DNA of 64,000 bases. Source: Camelus dromedarius (taxonomy: Eukaryota). A program made the translations under genes and the position numbers. The notes under the pieces were generated by a model that was given only the letters and a program-made list of their open reading frames with translations, was not told where the DNA came from and searched no databases. This document shows positions 37,750 through 51,332 of this stretch, piece after piece. Position 1 is the stretch's first letter; the number at the start of each line of letters is the position of its first letter. The stretch spans positions 96,598,001 to 96,662,000 of the forward strand of contig NC_087436.1 of NCBI RefSeq assembly GCF_036321535.1, in the 5' to 3' direction.

Positions 37750-38485
37750 ATCCATTCACTCAGCCAACAAATATCATATTGGCAGAAACTGTGCTGGGTG
37801 CTAGGGGTACAAATAAAAATAAAGCCTAGTTCCTACCTTTAAAAAGCTCAAATGGGGGAGGAAAGACAGAAGCTAATGATTAAAATCACTTGTAGGAAGA
37901 GCTAGATAGTGATATATATATTGTATAATCAATCTTTATGAATACGTACACCTTCAACTCCTTTGCCTTTCTCTTGCACCCTTGTACATGCTTGGCTAAA
38001 CCAATTTTGGTAACACTCAGCTTTTAGACTACTCATGCTTGTCCCCATGAAGCTGAAGGGGGCTGAAAAAAATACATATAAGATTATTGCCTAAAATTTG
38101 TAGTCCATTGAGTTTCTAATCTCCTAGATGAGAATTTACTCCTTTTCTCTTCTAATATCTAACATCTGTTGTACAAAACACGTCCTCCACTACCTTAATG
38201 GTCAGGTATTGGATGAACTTCCTTCTCATTACATTGAGAAAAAAGAAACAATTAGAAAAGGATTTCCATAAGTTCCCAGAACACATCTACCCTTTAACCT
38301 CTACCTTCTCTTTTGTTTTTAATAAATCAATTTTTCTGTCTCACTTCTAGGACTAAAGCCTTTACTTATGTGCTATTTCCTATCCCCCATTGATATCTGA
38401 ACACATTATCTGACAAATTTTCTCACCTCTTCTAAATCAGAATTTTTCTTTTTCTTTGTTGGATTATTACCATAAGTAAGCAAAT
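37750..38485. mobile_element. L2 LINE fragments
   Basis: 'cattcactcagccaacaaatat...actgtgctgggtgctaggggtaca' (L2 3' end, minus), then L2 ORF-like pyrimidine tracts. Confidence 0.55.
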
Positions 38486-38795
38486 ACCAGGGCATATTCA
38501 AGAGATGAGTTAAGCCTGAATAGATTTACAGATCAGTAAGTATGAGGAAGGCTTACAAAGATATAAGTTGATCATTAAATGGAGACAAAAATGTAAAAGT
38601 AGACATCTCAGCAGATGTCCATAAATATGGAAAATGGTCAAGGACTAAATGCCTCTTCTGACTCCTTGGCTTACATATATCTTAAGGATTTAGATGCACT
38701 TCTAGGACAGAAAAGGAGATAAATAAAACTTTGAAAAAGTTAAAAGCACTTTTGACTTGGTTACAGTTGTTTTGGTTATCAAAGGAATGGAGAGT

Positions 38796-39257
38796 TGTGA
38801 GGGTTAATTTTACATGTCATCTTGACCAGGCTAAGGGCTAACCAGATAGCTGGTAAAACATTATCTGAAGGTGTGTCTGTGAGAGTGTTTCCAGAAGAGA
38901 TTAGCATTTGAAAAGGTAGATCAAGTAAAGATGTCCTCACCAGTGCTGGTGGGCAACATTCAATCCATTGAGGGCTTGATTAGAATAGAAAAGGTGGAGG
39001 AAGAGTGTATTTGCTCTTCTTTCTTAAACTGGAACGTCCATCTTCTCCTGCCCTGGGACATTGGTGTTCCCAGTTCTCAGACATTTGGGTTTGGACTGGA
39101 ACTACACCACTGGCTTCCCTGGGCCTCTAGTGTGCAGGTGACATATCATAGAATTCTCAGCCTCCATAATCATTTGAGGCAATTCCTCATAATAAATCTC
39201 TATGTATTTCTATATATCATATAGGTTCTGTGTCTCTGGAGAACCCTGACTAATACA
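38796..39257 (+). mobile_element. MLT2-family (ERVL) solo LTR
   Basis: Starts 'tgtgagggttaattttacatgtca', ends 'ggttctgtgtctctggagaaccctgactaataca'. Confidence 0.88.
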
Positions 39258-41269
39258 GGACTGAAAATAAAATAGTTACATATAAATAAATAGATATTTC
39301 TTTTGAGCAGGGGAACACCTAAATGTGTAATCTCAGATCCTATATATACTATGTGTTATTTTAAAAAATTATCTAATTTTTATTATAGAATTTGGGAGTT
39401 TTACAAAAAAAATCTTATAAACTTAAAACTCTAATTTGAAAATGATCCATCAAAATAATAAAAAATATACTGTTCAAAGTTGCAATAAGGAGTACTTTAA
39501 CAACAGTAAATGAAGAGTCATATGGTACATTGGAGGATACTCTGGTCCACAGAAGTAGTAATGGGGCTCAGCAGGTGCTTGGGAAAATAGAATTTCATTG
39601 TAAGTGCTTTATACTGAAGTTACGATGCAAATCAAATTGGGTTCTTTCAGTCTCCATTTTAACTGAAGCCAAATGTGTATCCCAAAGGAGCAATTGCTAA
39701 CTAACAAGAAGTTTAATATTCTAAACTCCTAAGTATCTTGCTTTCACTTAATGTTAATTACTTTTTAAAAACTTTAATTTTTTGCTTGATATAACTTTGA
39801 ATAGAATAAAAAGATGTTTACCTGTATATCCCTAGACATTCAAGATTACTGATTATGTTTCTCTGTTCCCTAGTGTCCAAGCCAACCAGAAACAAGCCTA
39901 ATTGTATGCTTTCCTTTTTCACTTGACTCGTTTTCACAGCTTGATGTACCATCAATTTCAAGATTCTTTTCAATTTAGAAAATGAGTTTGACCATAACTT
40001 GACATAGATGAGATTCTTTTCTTTTAGTTTCTGGAAACATGATTACTGAAGCAAATAATGTACTGCCCTATTTGCTTCTAAAAAGAGATAGGAAATAAGT
40101 GGAAAGTACATTGACTATTGCTTCTTCAAAAATATACTCTTTTGGGGTAATCATTGTGCTTTCTACTAATGAGTTTGAGAGCCTAATCTGACATTGATGT
40201 TCTTTATGCATCATTTAATTGTTTCTTGTCTAATTGCATTACAACAAAGCCAGCATCTGTGGCAATGAGGATATAAAGGATATTTTGTAAACTCAGAAAA
40301 GTAGAATGGAGTCACAGAGCAGATTTCCCTATGGAAAAAGATTTCCATGAAGTAGACTAACGATTTTGATTATTTTAAAGATAAAGGTGACCAGAGGAAA
40401 ACAGAAGCCAGCAAATTAGTAAAGGACAGAGATTTTAAGAACCAACAATAGATCATAAATGACTGAAAGCATAAACCATTCATTTCCTTTGTTTCATAAT
40501 CAGAAGAGAGGTTTCAAATTTTATCCTCCTTTCTTCTATCATGTTAGACATACTATTAATGAAGTGTCACAAAAATTTCAGGCAATAAAATGCACTATAA
40601 TAAAATTATCAACATATTGATGTTCATTCTTGATGGTTACAGTGGTTTAATTTATTTAGGAAATGAGGAATTCATTTCTAGATAACCTATATATGGCAAT
40701 TCGAGGTTAATATGTGCATTTTTCACCCCACTGAAATAATTTTTATTAAAAATCACAGAGAAGAAATACTTCATATATAGTAGAGAAAAAAATGTGTATT
40801 TGATAAATGAAAAAAAAATTATAAATTATCTTAGAAACTGGCATGATGTGTGCAAGGAATGCACTAACTAGACCAGGATATTGAATTTAAGAAGAAGCAT
40901 GAAATCCTGAAAGTCAATTTTTAATTACTCATATTTCTAAAAGGATAAAAGGCATGAACATTCTTCTTAAGTTACTAGTGGTAGCCCCAGGGGAAAGATT
41001 TAAGGGTAAAAGAGGTGATTAAATTGATGTCTCTTAGACAAAGTTACCATTTATGTGGCCCTGAAAAATATGATCTCATATAGACACACTTCTATCAGTG
41101 GCTCTTATAAATAATTAGTATATTTTTAACATCTAAATTTTTGTGATATGAAGAAGTCAGTTTATTTTGAAGTATTTCCTGTGGCACATAGATAACACTA
41201 CATTGTTGATTTTAGGGAAAGCTAAAACATGTAAGAATTCTTACAATTTTACCATCTCTTTGATTAAAC

Positions 41270-41640
41270 AATTGATCAAATAAGTCAGCAAAATTCTATT
41301 ATTGTCCAGCAACGGTAGTAGGTAAGCCAGTACAGAATCCCTTCCTAGATAAAGCTTACAAACTAGAGCAGAAGACAGATACGAAACTGAATTTAAAGTG
41401 TGCTAAGTATACAGTGTTATTGGATGTAGAATTAACCTGGCCTGGGAGTTTGTGTGAATTCCTTGAACGTGGCATTTAAATTGAGACTTGAGTAATGGGT
41501 AGGAATTAGCTAGGAAAGGGAAAAGAGAGGAGAAAATAGGTTCAGACAGAAGGAAGAGCAAGGCAAAGATCTTGTAGCAAAGAAGAACACGGTATGTCCA
41601 AGAAATGAAGTCCAGCGTGACTGGTGCATAGATGCAAGCA
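41270..41640 (-). mobile_element. L2 LINE fragment
   Basis: 'agcttacaaactagagcagaagacag', 'ggcatttaaattgagacttgagtaatgggtagga'. Confidence 0.6.
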
Positions 41641-41779
41641 GAGTAGAAAAAAAGGAAATAAGCAGGGGGAAGGTTATTGCCTCTTAACAACTGTATATTA
41701 CGTAGAAATCTTGAAGCTCAAAACATTGCATAATTCCCTCAAAATGATCTCAGAATGGGTTATGTCAATAAATGTCAAC

Positions 41780-42320
41780 CTCCAATCAAATCTTCTTTAT
41801 TACTTTCATCTTCTGGAAAGCTGCTTGCTCCATCTTGCCACCATACTAACAGCCAGGTTGTGCCACGGATCTGGGCAATGAGATGTTGGAAAAGTCCCAG
41901 TGAAGAGCATCACTTTTGAATAAAAGCCAAAACCTAATTAGGATAAATCATTTTCACCCCATTTGCCCTTCCCCGCTTTTCTGTCTGGAAGGCAGATACG
42001 AGGTCCTGGAGATACAGCAACCATCTTGCATCATGAGGGTCAATCCCTGCATTTTAAGGATGGTGATGCGAAGGATAGAAAGAGCCTAAGACTAGGGGCT
42101 GGAGGATTGGATTTACTTTGCAGTTGATGGCACTGGCGGCCCCTTGTATTGTGCACTGCACAGATTGTGCAGCCATATGCAGATGCCTTGCTTGTGTCCG
42201 CATTTGTAGGTGTCATTGAGCCACCTCATCAGGACTGAGCTGTCTATTCTCATACTTATTTAACCACCAAAGTTGAGTGTTCTGATAACTGCTACTAATC
42301 ACAGTTCAAACTAGCTACAA
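41780..42320 (+). mobile_element. MaLR MLT1 LTR with a nested MER91-like hAT-Tip MITE (about 42090-42190)
   Basis: 'gcaaccatcttgcatcatgaggg...aaggatggtg' (MLT1); 'ttgtgcactgcacagattgtgcagccatatgc' (MER91-like). Confidence 0.55.
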
Positions 42321-42769
42321 TGTTACAGATATTTCACGTGAAATATCTACTTTGAAAGCCTATATATTGCCCGAGGAAAAATATTTTTGACAGTCTGTTC
42401 TTTCTCTCTCTGTGAATATATAATTACTCTCTTGGATTACTACTTTGTCCACCAAACAGTGGTCTTTTAAACAATTCAAATGTCATCTCCTCAGAGAGTC
42501 TGCCCCTATTCCCTTCAGACAAAACTCATTCATCATTTCCAGAGCTCCTAGGGAACCCTAGACATGGACCACTTGCCACATTCTCTTACAATTCTTTCTT
42601 TGTATCTGTATCTTTCCTATCAGCTTGTGAGCTCCACAAGGTACCGTTCTTACCATATTTATTGTCTATCCCTGTTGCCTACAATGTTATACTATTAGCT
42701 TAGAATATTAGTGTCAGTAGTAAATGTTTGTTAGCCTCCAAATTACTTCTAAATTTTATTTTAATAAAC

Positions 42770-42980
42770 ACTTATAATGTGCTTATAATATTCCAGACAC
42801 TATTTTAAATATTTTACAGACACTATATGACTTAATGAATTTAGTACTCATAACCACCCATTGAGGTAGACGCTATTACCATCCTCATTTTAAAGATGAG
42901 GAAGCTGTGGCCTAGAGGATTGAGGTGACCTTCTCAAGGTCACAGATCTAGTAACTTATGCAGCTTGGATTAAAACCCAG
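42770..42980 (-). mobile_element. MIR SINE
   Basis: 'cctcattttaaagatgaggaagctgtggcctagagg...caaggtcacagatctagtaa'. Confidence 0.8.
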
Positions 42981-43196
42981 ATAAAGATATTTGTGTTTGA
43001 AATAGAGTCACAGGATCAAATTTCAGATCGTGGGAACCTTAGAAATAATCTAATCTCTTTTCATATATAAGGAAATATTGTACATGACATACAGGGACAT
43101 AGAGATATTAGGTGACTTATTAAGTGTCAGATTGTTAACTGATAAAAGAGCTGAGACTTTGGTCCAGATCTCCTAATATACAGGTTAATGTGACTT

Positions 43197-43360
43197 CATT
43201 GGCTCCCCAAACTGATTTTTGTATTAAAATCACCTGGGAAACTGTTTTGAAAATCCAGATCTGAGAGCCCACCTCCTAAAGATTCTGACTTGGAGTACAG
43301 GCTTTTAAAAACTACTCCCAAGATAATTCAGTTGTAACACAGGTTTGGAAATTCTAAGTC
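43197..43360. mobile_element. MER5-like MITE
   Basis: 'attaaaatcacctggga...aaaatccagat...agattctgact...tttaaaaactactcccaagataattc'. Confidence 0.65.
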
Positions 43361-43371
43361 TGCAGTGCATA

Positions 43372-44291
43372 TGTGTCTATCTGGGTTCAGTCAAAGAATA
43401 GAACCATCACAACTATTATGGGAATAAGATATTTGATATGCACATTAGAGTTTACATGAATTAAGGAGAAGCTAAGGTAATAAAGGTCTAAAACAGGTAG
43501 ACAGAGGGTCAGAGAAACAGCCAGTAATGACTTTCGCTAGAAGCACTAGAGTATGTGGAGCAGACAGAACTTACGGGAGAATCTGAGATGCTGCCATGAA
43601 AAACATGAGAGATCCTGAAGAAGTCTGTAAAGTCTCTACATCTGGGTGCTACAGCCTTCTGCGAATAATGGCTTTTACTTCACTTCTATTTTCCAAATTA
43701 TATGGAAGTTCCTCTCACTGGCAAACTCTAACCCAGAGTCATATATACTAGTTAGAAGATTCTGAGAATGTAGTTGCCCCTTTAGAAAGGAGATTGGTGG
43801 TGGTGAGTGAACAGCAGATGTAGTGCCCCCATGATCTTTATCTCCTGTATTCACATCCCTTTATGATACCCTCCCCTTAAGCATGGGCAGGGTCTGTGAC
43901 CTGTTTCTACAAAAGATGGCAAAGGTAATGGGATGCATGTGGATTACATGTGTGAGATTACATAGGGCCATATATATAGGACCTCTCTTGATGGAGTCCC
44001 TTCATCGCTGGCTTTGAAGAAGTAAGTTGCTGTGAATTCTGCAGCTGCAGGGAAGTGAGTATTGCCGGCCACCCAGATGGGCAGGTAGCCTTTCCTGCAG
44101 TTGAGCCTCTAGGGGAGACCTTACCCTGGCACTGTGAATGCAACTTCATGTGGGAGCTTGAAGCCAAGAGGCCAGCTGAGCCATATCTTGACTCCCCCAA
44201 ACTGTGATATAATAAATGTGTATGATTTTAATAAGTTTGTTGTACTTTATTACATAGAATTAGATAACTAATATGACAGATACTCTGCTAC
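43372..44291. mobile_element. ERVL-type LTR with a nested MLT1E-like LTR (about 43797-44275, +)
   Basis: 'tgtctatctgggttcagtca...ctcactggcaaactctaacccagag' (ERVL LTR). MLT1 'tgctgtgaattctgcagctgcagggaa...aactgtgatataataaatgtg...tagataactaata'. Confidence 0.65.
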
Positions 44292-45975
44292 AGAAACATC
44301 TAATAGTAGATTTGTGACATTACTAAAACCTGAAATGTGGGCCATTCACTTTGGGAACAAGTGGTAAGCAGGAAGGGGTTTTCCTTGGACATGGAAAAAT
44401 TGTGAGCCGTTTTAGTGAGTGGCAACAATTTTGGTAAAACTGCACCTGCGTTGACTAAGAAGAAAGTATATATAGTGAATAATCTTGTAAATTTGGTCTA
44501 GGTGCTATTGAGGCAAAACATTGAAAGTGGGAGCCAGTTGCAACTAACTGCATTTGATGAAGTACTCAAGAAAGAAAGAAGCTTGGAGGAAAAACAAATT
44601 GTTTGCAAGCAGAATTTAGAGGGAAGATAAATAATTCAGAAATCACAGTGTTGTAAATGACACTACTTCTCAACAAATCCGAAGTGTGGCCATTACGGTA
44701 TTGCTTCAGTTTAAAGACCAAATTAAAGCTGTGGCCAGTGCAGCCTTTGTTAGCACCCAGGAAGAATTTATGAGGATATTTAGTAGATTCTTTCAATTAG
44801 AAAAAATACTTCCAAGAGAAACCTAAGGATAGGGTCTTATAAAAGCCCAAAGGACTCAATGTATCCATAATTAAATCTATAGAAAGAGGCCTATCTTAGA
44901 AAACAACTGCGGAATGGATTTGGGCACATGTAATTGTCTAGAATCAAATACCTAGAGAGCTATGCTTGAGATGCAAGTGTTTGAAAGAGCTATGTTGGCA
45001 AAACATTTGCCAGCCTAAACAAAAAGAGTCAGAGATCTATTTGAGATAAAAAAGGACCTCTTGTTCCCACCCAAAGGCATATATTGTCCTTTGCCCTATT
45101 TCAGAAATACATGTCCAAAATGGTGAAAAAGGAAAGACCTCTCAGAGTACAGAGCCAAGAACTATGGGGAACAATGGACGAGGGAGCTGTTCCTGGCAGA
45201 ATAACTAAAACTTTAATGAAGGAAAACAACCCACCCTAGAGTAGGGCAAACTCGTGATATTTTCCAGCAATATAATAGAAGTTTAGGGGAGTGGTGACTG
45301 CTGTGTGCTGGAAAGTCTTCTGCTTTTTGAATAGTAGTATCATTGGAGTTATTCTGTCCCTCTTCCACATAGGCAATGTGGGGGCACATAACTTGCCCCT
45401 TCAGTTCTTATGTCTCTGGATCAAGAGGAACTGAATTTAGATTTAGGTGGAAATTCTTCCTTCTCCCCTCCACAGTATTCTGGACTTAAAGTCTGATGCC
45501 GTGATTGGATTGGATGCAATATTTGGAGTATCTTCTTTAGGGAGCAGTATTTTGCATGGGGAAGACACATGCATAATTGTAAACAAAGAAAGTGGAGTGT
45601 AGTAGAGTAGATTATTTAGCAAATATTCACTTGTTTTCCATCTCTCTTTCTTCAGAAAAGTATATTTATCTGCCCTGCTGCTACTGGATTTGGCATTATA
45701 ACTTAACTTGGTCAAAAGAATGTGAGCAGAGGTGGCAGTGGGCCAGTTGTAGGCATATACTTTAGGAAGAACTGGATGTTTCTGATTGTCCCTCCTGAAG
45801 TTCCAGAACTTTCCAATGAAAAGAACATGGCCCAAGTGGCTATTGTCCCTTCAGCCTGGGTCCAGGATGAATATACATGGAATAGAGCCACAGACCTGTG
45901 AGTATGAGAATAAGTGTTTGTTATTGTATGCCACTGAGTTTGGGGATGATTTGTCACCAAAAAGAGATACCTGAC
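44292..45975 (+). mobile_element. MaLR internal region plus 3' MLT1 LTR (about 45597-45975)
   Basis: Internal motifs 'aaaacctgaaatgtgg' and 'gtattttgcatgggg'; LTR ends 'aataagtgtttgttattgtatgccactgagtttgggg...gatacctgacac'. Confidence 0.75.
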
Positions 45976-46899
45976 ACCATGATTGGTTAAATTCTTTCAC
46001 TATGCTCCAGTTTACTCATATTCTGGTCAATGTCCTAAATGGGCCACCCAGCCACCCTAATGCTTAGCTAATGCTTAATGTTTTATATTTTGATTCATTC
46101 ATTCAAAAGTGTACTATACATATTAAGTACAGAAGAGTAAAGGCCTGTAATATATATGACCAACTCTAAGTGGCTAAATAAATGTATACATGTATGTGGG
46201 CATGCATTTGGAGAAAGAGAGAGAGATTGCATTTTGGCCACCTAAATCTTCATTGTGATCACTGTGTCATAAATGTATGCAACCCTAGTGGTGGGTAGGG
46301 AAGAAGAACAGAAAGGTACAAGGAACTATGAAGTAGAAAGTTAGAAAATTAGAAACCAGGGAGTCCACCTGTAGTTATACTTGGAGCAACTTTAAAGTGT
46401 ACTCATCTTCATGTTCCTTGAGATGGGTAGAAGTACATGGATTCAATTTGCTCTAAATTCTGTTGTTAATATTGTTAGTGTACTTCCTGAACAGGGGAAA
46501 AAATTCTATCTCTTCTTGTCATGTTGACAGCTTTTGCTACATAAATAGATAGCTATGTAGGCAGATACCAAGGTGTGAACTTCCCCCATGCAGTTTAATT
46601 GGATACTAGACTTGAAGTGTGGGATTGAGCATTTAAATGGTAAGGGTGCCCGTCAAATAAAGCACAGATACCTGCTTTAAGTTAGTAAAGTGGGCAGTGC
46701 ATAGTTAACACTGGGACTAATTTCTTGTGTATTAGTAACTAGCTTGTAGATCCCATAAGCAGACCTAAAGAGACGTGTTTTTGTGATCTGTAGAGAAAAT
46801 ATGTCTCTCCACATTCTTTTTTTTCTTTTAAATCATTTCTAGAGCAGACTGCTTTGGAAAACAAACTTTATTATTTACTTGGGTTACAGGCCCTGGAGT

Positions 46900-47900
46900 C
46901 ATCAGATAATAAGCACAGAAATGGCCACTGCTATCCTGGAGCTTATATTTGAAAAATCAGTAAATTAGTGAAAGTAGTTATGTATGAGATGATTAAAAAT
47001 TGCAATGTGTTATAGAAAGAAGGGACTAAGACTGGCAAAGAAGTAGTCCCTGAAAAGGTGAAAGTTAAGCCAAAGCCTAAAGTGGGAGAAAGGAATGTTT
47101 TATGCATATAGAGAGTGGTATTTCAGTAGAAAGAGAAGTGTGTTCAAAGGACCTAAAGTGAGAAACTATGGTGTCTCCAAGGAAGAACAAGGAGGATGAT
47201 GAATGAGGCCCAAGGAGAAGGGTGTTATAAGATAGGGTCGAGGTGATAGCTGGGGGCTAGGTCAAACACAACCTTATAAGCCATAGTAAAGAATATTATT
47301 CAATATGCAATAAACAGCCTTTAAAGGGTCAGTGACATGGTTGGTTTGTATATTAAGATATCTTTGGCCAAGATGTGGAGAGTGTGTTGGAGGGCCAAGA
47401 GTGGAAGTAGGGAGACCAGTTAGAAGGCTGTTGTGGTAGGTCAGGTGAAGGGGGATGGTAACCAGAATAAAATGAATAAAATGGAATAGGAAAGACTCAG
47501 TGGGTTGTAGGTATGCTTTCTAAGTAGATCTGATCAGACTCCTTTAATGGATTGTTTATTAAGGATGAGTGAGAGAAAATGAGGCTGTGCCTCATTGGTT
47601 TCTGACTTGAGCCATTTACTGAAATGGAAATTATGATGGGCAGAGGTAAAAAGTTCCATTTTAAGATGTCTCTGAAGCACTTAAATATAAAAGTCAAATA
47701 ACTGTGTCTCTGTTGGGAACTCAAAGGAAAAGACTGGACTGGAGATTTAAATGTGGGAGACATCAGTACTTGAGGAACCAGAGCATTAAAAGATTGGTTT
47801 GAGGATGATAAACCAGCAATGGAGATGGCATGGCTAGCATAGAAAAAAGAGAGCAATGTGGTATGACCAAACACACATGCTCCTTTAAGTGAGAAGTGAA
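46900..47900 (-). mobile_element. L2 LINE
   Basis: 'gagtggaagtagggagaccagttagaaggctgttg', 'gccatttactgaaatgg', 'ctggactggagatttaaatgtgggagacatcag'. Confidence 0.8.
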
Positions 47901-48128
47901 CTCATGAGCAGAAGGGAAGTTCTTGCATTTACAGAGCAGACACCAAGAAAAACAAATTTCCCTCTGAACCACAGACTGGCTGTAAAGACTAACTTCCTAA
48001 TGCCCTAGCATGGCATCTAATGTCTTCAACAATATCACTATTTACTTTAATATCCACGTGTAAAACATTGCCCCTCCAAAGCTTTTCTCTTCTATTGAAA
48101 AGAGATACTTAGAAAGGATGGCTTTTGA

Positions 48129-48262
48129 TAGTGTGACCATAAAATTTATAGACCAAATTAGGACCCTTCTAAGAGTAAAAAGGTAGTTAATAGCAATAAT
48201 AATTATAATTAAAACAGGAGTAAACCTGGAATGTCCTAGGTAAACCTCATTTTTGTATGCAC
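48129..48262. mobile_element. MER94/MER81-like hAT-Blackjack MITE
   Basis: TIR-like 'tagtgtgaccataaaatttatagaccaaattaggac' and 'gtaaacctggaatgtcctaggtaaacc'. Confidence 0.6.
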
Positions 48263-49692
48263 ACAAACTTTTAGCAACACTGAGACTGGATATTGTTTTC
48301 AGTGTTCTCCTCACTTAGTTTTCCACATTCCAAGTTCTTCTTAGGGTGCTGCCCCAAACTCTTGAGAGTTTAGTTTTCCTCTTCTGGATTATAGCAAGCT
48401 ATTTTTAGCAGTACAATTATGTCAGTTGTTTCTGGGTATCTTCCACGTTTAAGTTTCCAAATTTGCTCCCAGTGAAGAAACCTAACATACCTATTATAGA
48501 TCAAATTGCTTATACCCAAATCCAGGCCAATTAGTGATTACTAATTGGTTAATGCATTTCCTGATTTTTAAAAAAGCAACAGAATCTGCACTGTAAAGAG
48601 GACATTCAGAGACAATGCATTTAACCCAGGAGATGATTCACTGTGAAACATTAGACATTGAAAAAGGTAGAGGAAGGTAATTTTGAGCATCCAGGACTTC
48701 TCATGCTCCATTTTTTTCTACTATAGAATTTGCTTCCTATTGAATATCCTGGTAGCTCCAGCCCTGTATTAAATAAAAGTTAGATGAGATATTAAAGATG
48801 TCAAATGTATCCTGCAGAAATGATGTCTTTAATCACACCAAAATAACATTGTATTTTTCAAGAAGCTGGATCTTGCTGTAGCAAATATATTTGCTTGCTC
48901 CATAAGAAAAGGAAGCCCTTAGAGACAAGAGCATCCATGCTCCACAGTAAAGGTCTGCCCTTCCACAACAGAACATAGGGATAATTGCTTGGCCTTTTCA
49001 CTATTTCATTCCACCCTGTGCTTCTCATCGGTGGCTATTGTCTGCCATTCCTTTCTGTGGTGCTGACTAATCCAAACTAAGGCTAAAGCTCTTTGTCTGG
49101 AAGCAACTAAAACAATTTAATTACTGTCCTTTGTATTCTTGGAATTCTCCCAGGCCCCCTCTCCTACTGGTTTTTTTTTTTTTTTTTTTGCATATTTTTT
49201 CCTTTGAAGCAGTTGACTCTTGGTTTCTTTATTGTCAATTTATTTTATAATCATTCTATTTTCCTCCTACTCAAGGCAAAATAATCTTAAAGTCCAGGAA
49301 GGAAGAAAGACCTCATGAAGTCCCTATAGGTAAAAATCTTCAGGCTCCAATGATGATGGCTTAGATTTGGGATAAGTGTATAAGTATAAAGTTTTGGATT
49401 TGGGCTCATATATTATGTGCATGAAATAAAATTTTGTTACTTTTTTCCCTAACAATTCTAACCACATGCTAAGTGATTAGAAAAAACTCTTGCATTTGTT
49501 CACAGTCACTAACTTTCCAGAATAGAATAAGCTTAAAAATAATTAATGTGTAGGCAAACCAGTAGGAATGATGAGAGAGGCTATAAAGTAGGTTAGAAGA
49601 AAATCTCTAATGATTTTTTTTGTCATTTGAGCCCATTCTGAATCTCATTGGTTTTGAAAAAGCTGTCTCTTTTTTGCATTGAGAGAAAAACA

Positions 49693-49780
49693 TACTTTAT
49701 TGAAGTATAATTGATGTAAAATATTATATTAGTTTTGGGTGTATAACATAGTGATTTGATATTTTTACATATTATAAAAG
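49693..49780 (-). mobile_element. Very short L1 3' end
   Basis: 'tttattgaagtataattgatgtaaaatattatattagttttgggtgtataacatagtgatt'. Confidence 0.65.
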
Positions 49781-50580
49781 AGAAAATATATTAAAATAGT
49801 GTCAGCTGTCCACTAGTTTCTTCCTGTCTGTCTGTCTTTGGTCTAGTTACAGTAAAACTGGGACCATGCCAAATATGGATATATTATTAGAAATACAACT
49901 TACAAAACGAAAGTGCTGACTCTACAGTTTTTAAAATTAGTATGGTGAAAACCCAGATCAAGTAATGTCCTGTGTTGAGTGTCACATTATGGAAATGGAA
50001 CTACATAATTATGAAGAGTAGAGAAGATAAAGCTTTTGGAAATATACATCTCCAATTGAGAGGGTATCAGGAAGGCTGTGGTTACATTATTAAGGAGGGA
50101 ATGTTAAACCAGATGACAAGTTCTATGTGAATTTGGTTATGGAGCACATTGCAGAGTCAGCAAATCCTTCTGTCAATAAAAATTACAGAATGAATGCATG
50201 CTTATAAAAATAGAATGAAGATAAGAATAATGGTAGCTGTAGTAGTAGACCAAGAGTGGAAGGAATGATGAGTACGACTCCTAGATTTGGAAAGATAAAT
50301 CTGCCCTCTAAACCATAAATTTCTGATACACAGTTGAGTTCAGGAGACAAAAAAGAACTAAAAATTATGTCACTATATGTGACCTTTTATTTCCTGAATG
50401 AGAGGTATGTAGCTGTTACAAGATTCTCAAAGAATCTTTGTGATGTAAAAAAGATTTGAAGTCTATTTGAGCCCTACAAATGCACATATTTGTAATATTC
50501 TATGGCAACTAGAATAGTAGAATTTAGGAAATCTTTTGTTTCCATACAACTTCCCTGTTGCTTTAAAACAAATTGCTTTA

Positions 50581-51332
50581 CAAAAACGTATGGTAGTTCT
50601 CCCCGAAATTAAAAATAGAACTATCATATGATACAGCAATTCTACTCCTGGGTATTTATCAAAAAAACAAAAAAAACAAAAAAAACAGAAAACACTAACT
50701 CCAAAAGATATATGCACCGTCGTGTTCACTGCAGCATTATTTACAGTAGCCAAGACATGGAAACAACCTAAGGGCCCATAAAAGGATGAATGGATAAAGA
50801 AATTGTGGTATAGAAGTACAGTGGAATATTCAGCCATTAAAAAGAAGGAAATCTTGCCATTTGCAACAATATGGTTGGACTTTGAGGGCATTATGCTAAG
50901 TGACTAAAGTCAGAGAAAGACAAATACCATATGATTTCACTTATATATAAAAACAAACAAACAGATGAGCTCATAGATACAGAAAGCAGATTGGTGAGGT
51001 TGGTGATTGCCAAAGGTGGGTGTGGGAGGGTGAGCAAAATGGGTGAAAAGGGTCAAAGGTTTTAAAATTCCAATTATAAAATAAATAGGTCATGGAGATA
51101 TAATGCACAGCATGGTGACTATAGCTAATAGTATTATTTGCATATTTGAAAGTTGATAAGAGAGTTGATCTTAAAAGTTCTCATCACAAGAAAAAAAAAT
51201 TAACTATGTATGGTGACAGATGTTCACTAGACTTATTGTGGTGATCATTTTATAATACATACAGATATCAAATCATTATTTTTACACCTGAAGATATATA
51301 ATGTTACCTGTCAATCATACCTCAATTTAAAA
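50581..51332 (+). mobile_element. 5'-truncated L1 (L1MA-like): ORF2 end and 3'UTR
   Basis: 'gcaattctactcctgggtatttatc', 'tgcagcattatttacagtagccaagacatggaaacaacctaag', ends 'gtcaatcatacctcaatttaaaa'. Confidence 0.88.

Noticed and set aside
50463..50891. 142-aa minus-strand ORF
   Set aside because: It is the antisense reading of the L1 ORF2 3' end, a common artefact.
23325..51332. L1 5'UTR (23.3 kb) and L1 3' end (50.6-51.3 kb) as two halves of one element
   Set aside because: The intervening 26 kb contains older MIR/L2 repeats, there is no shared TSD, and the 3' piece has its own candidate TSD.
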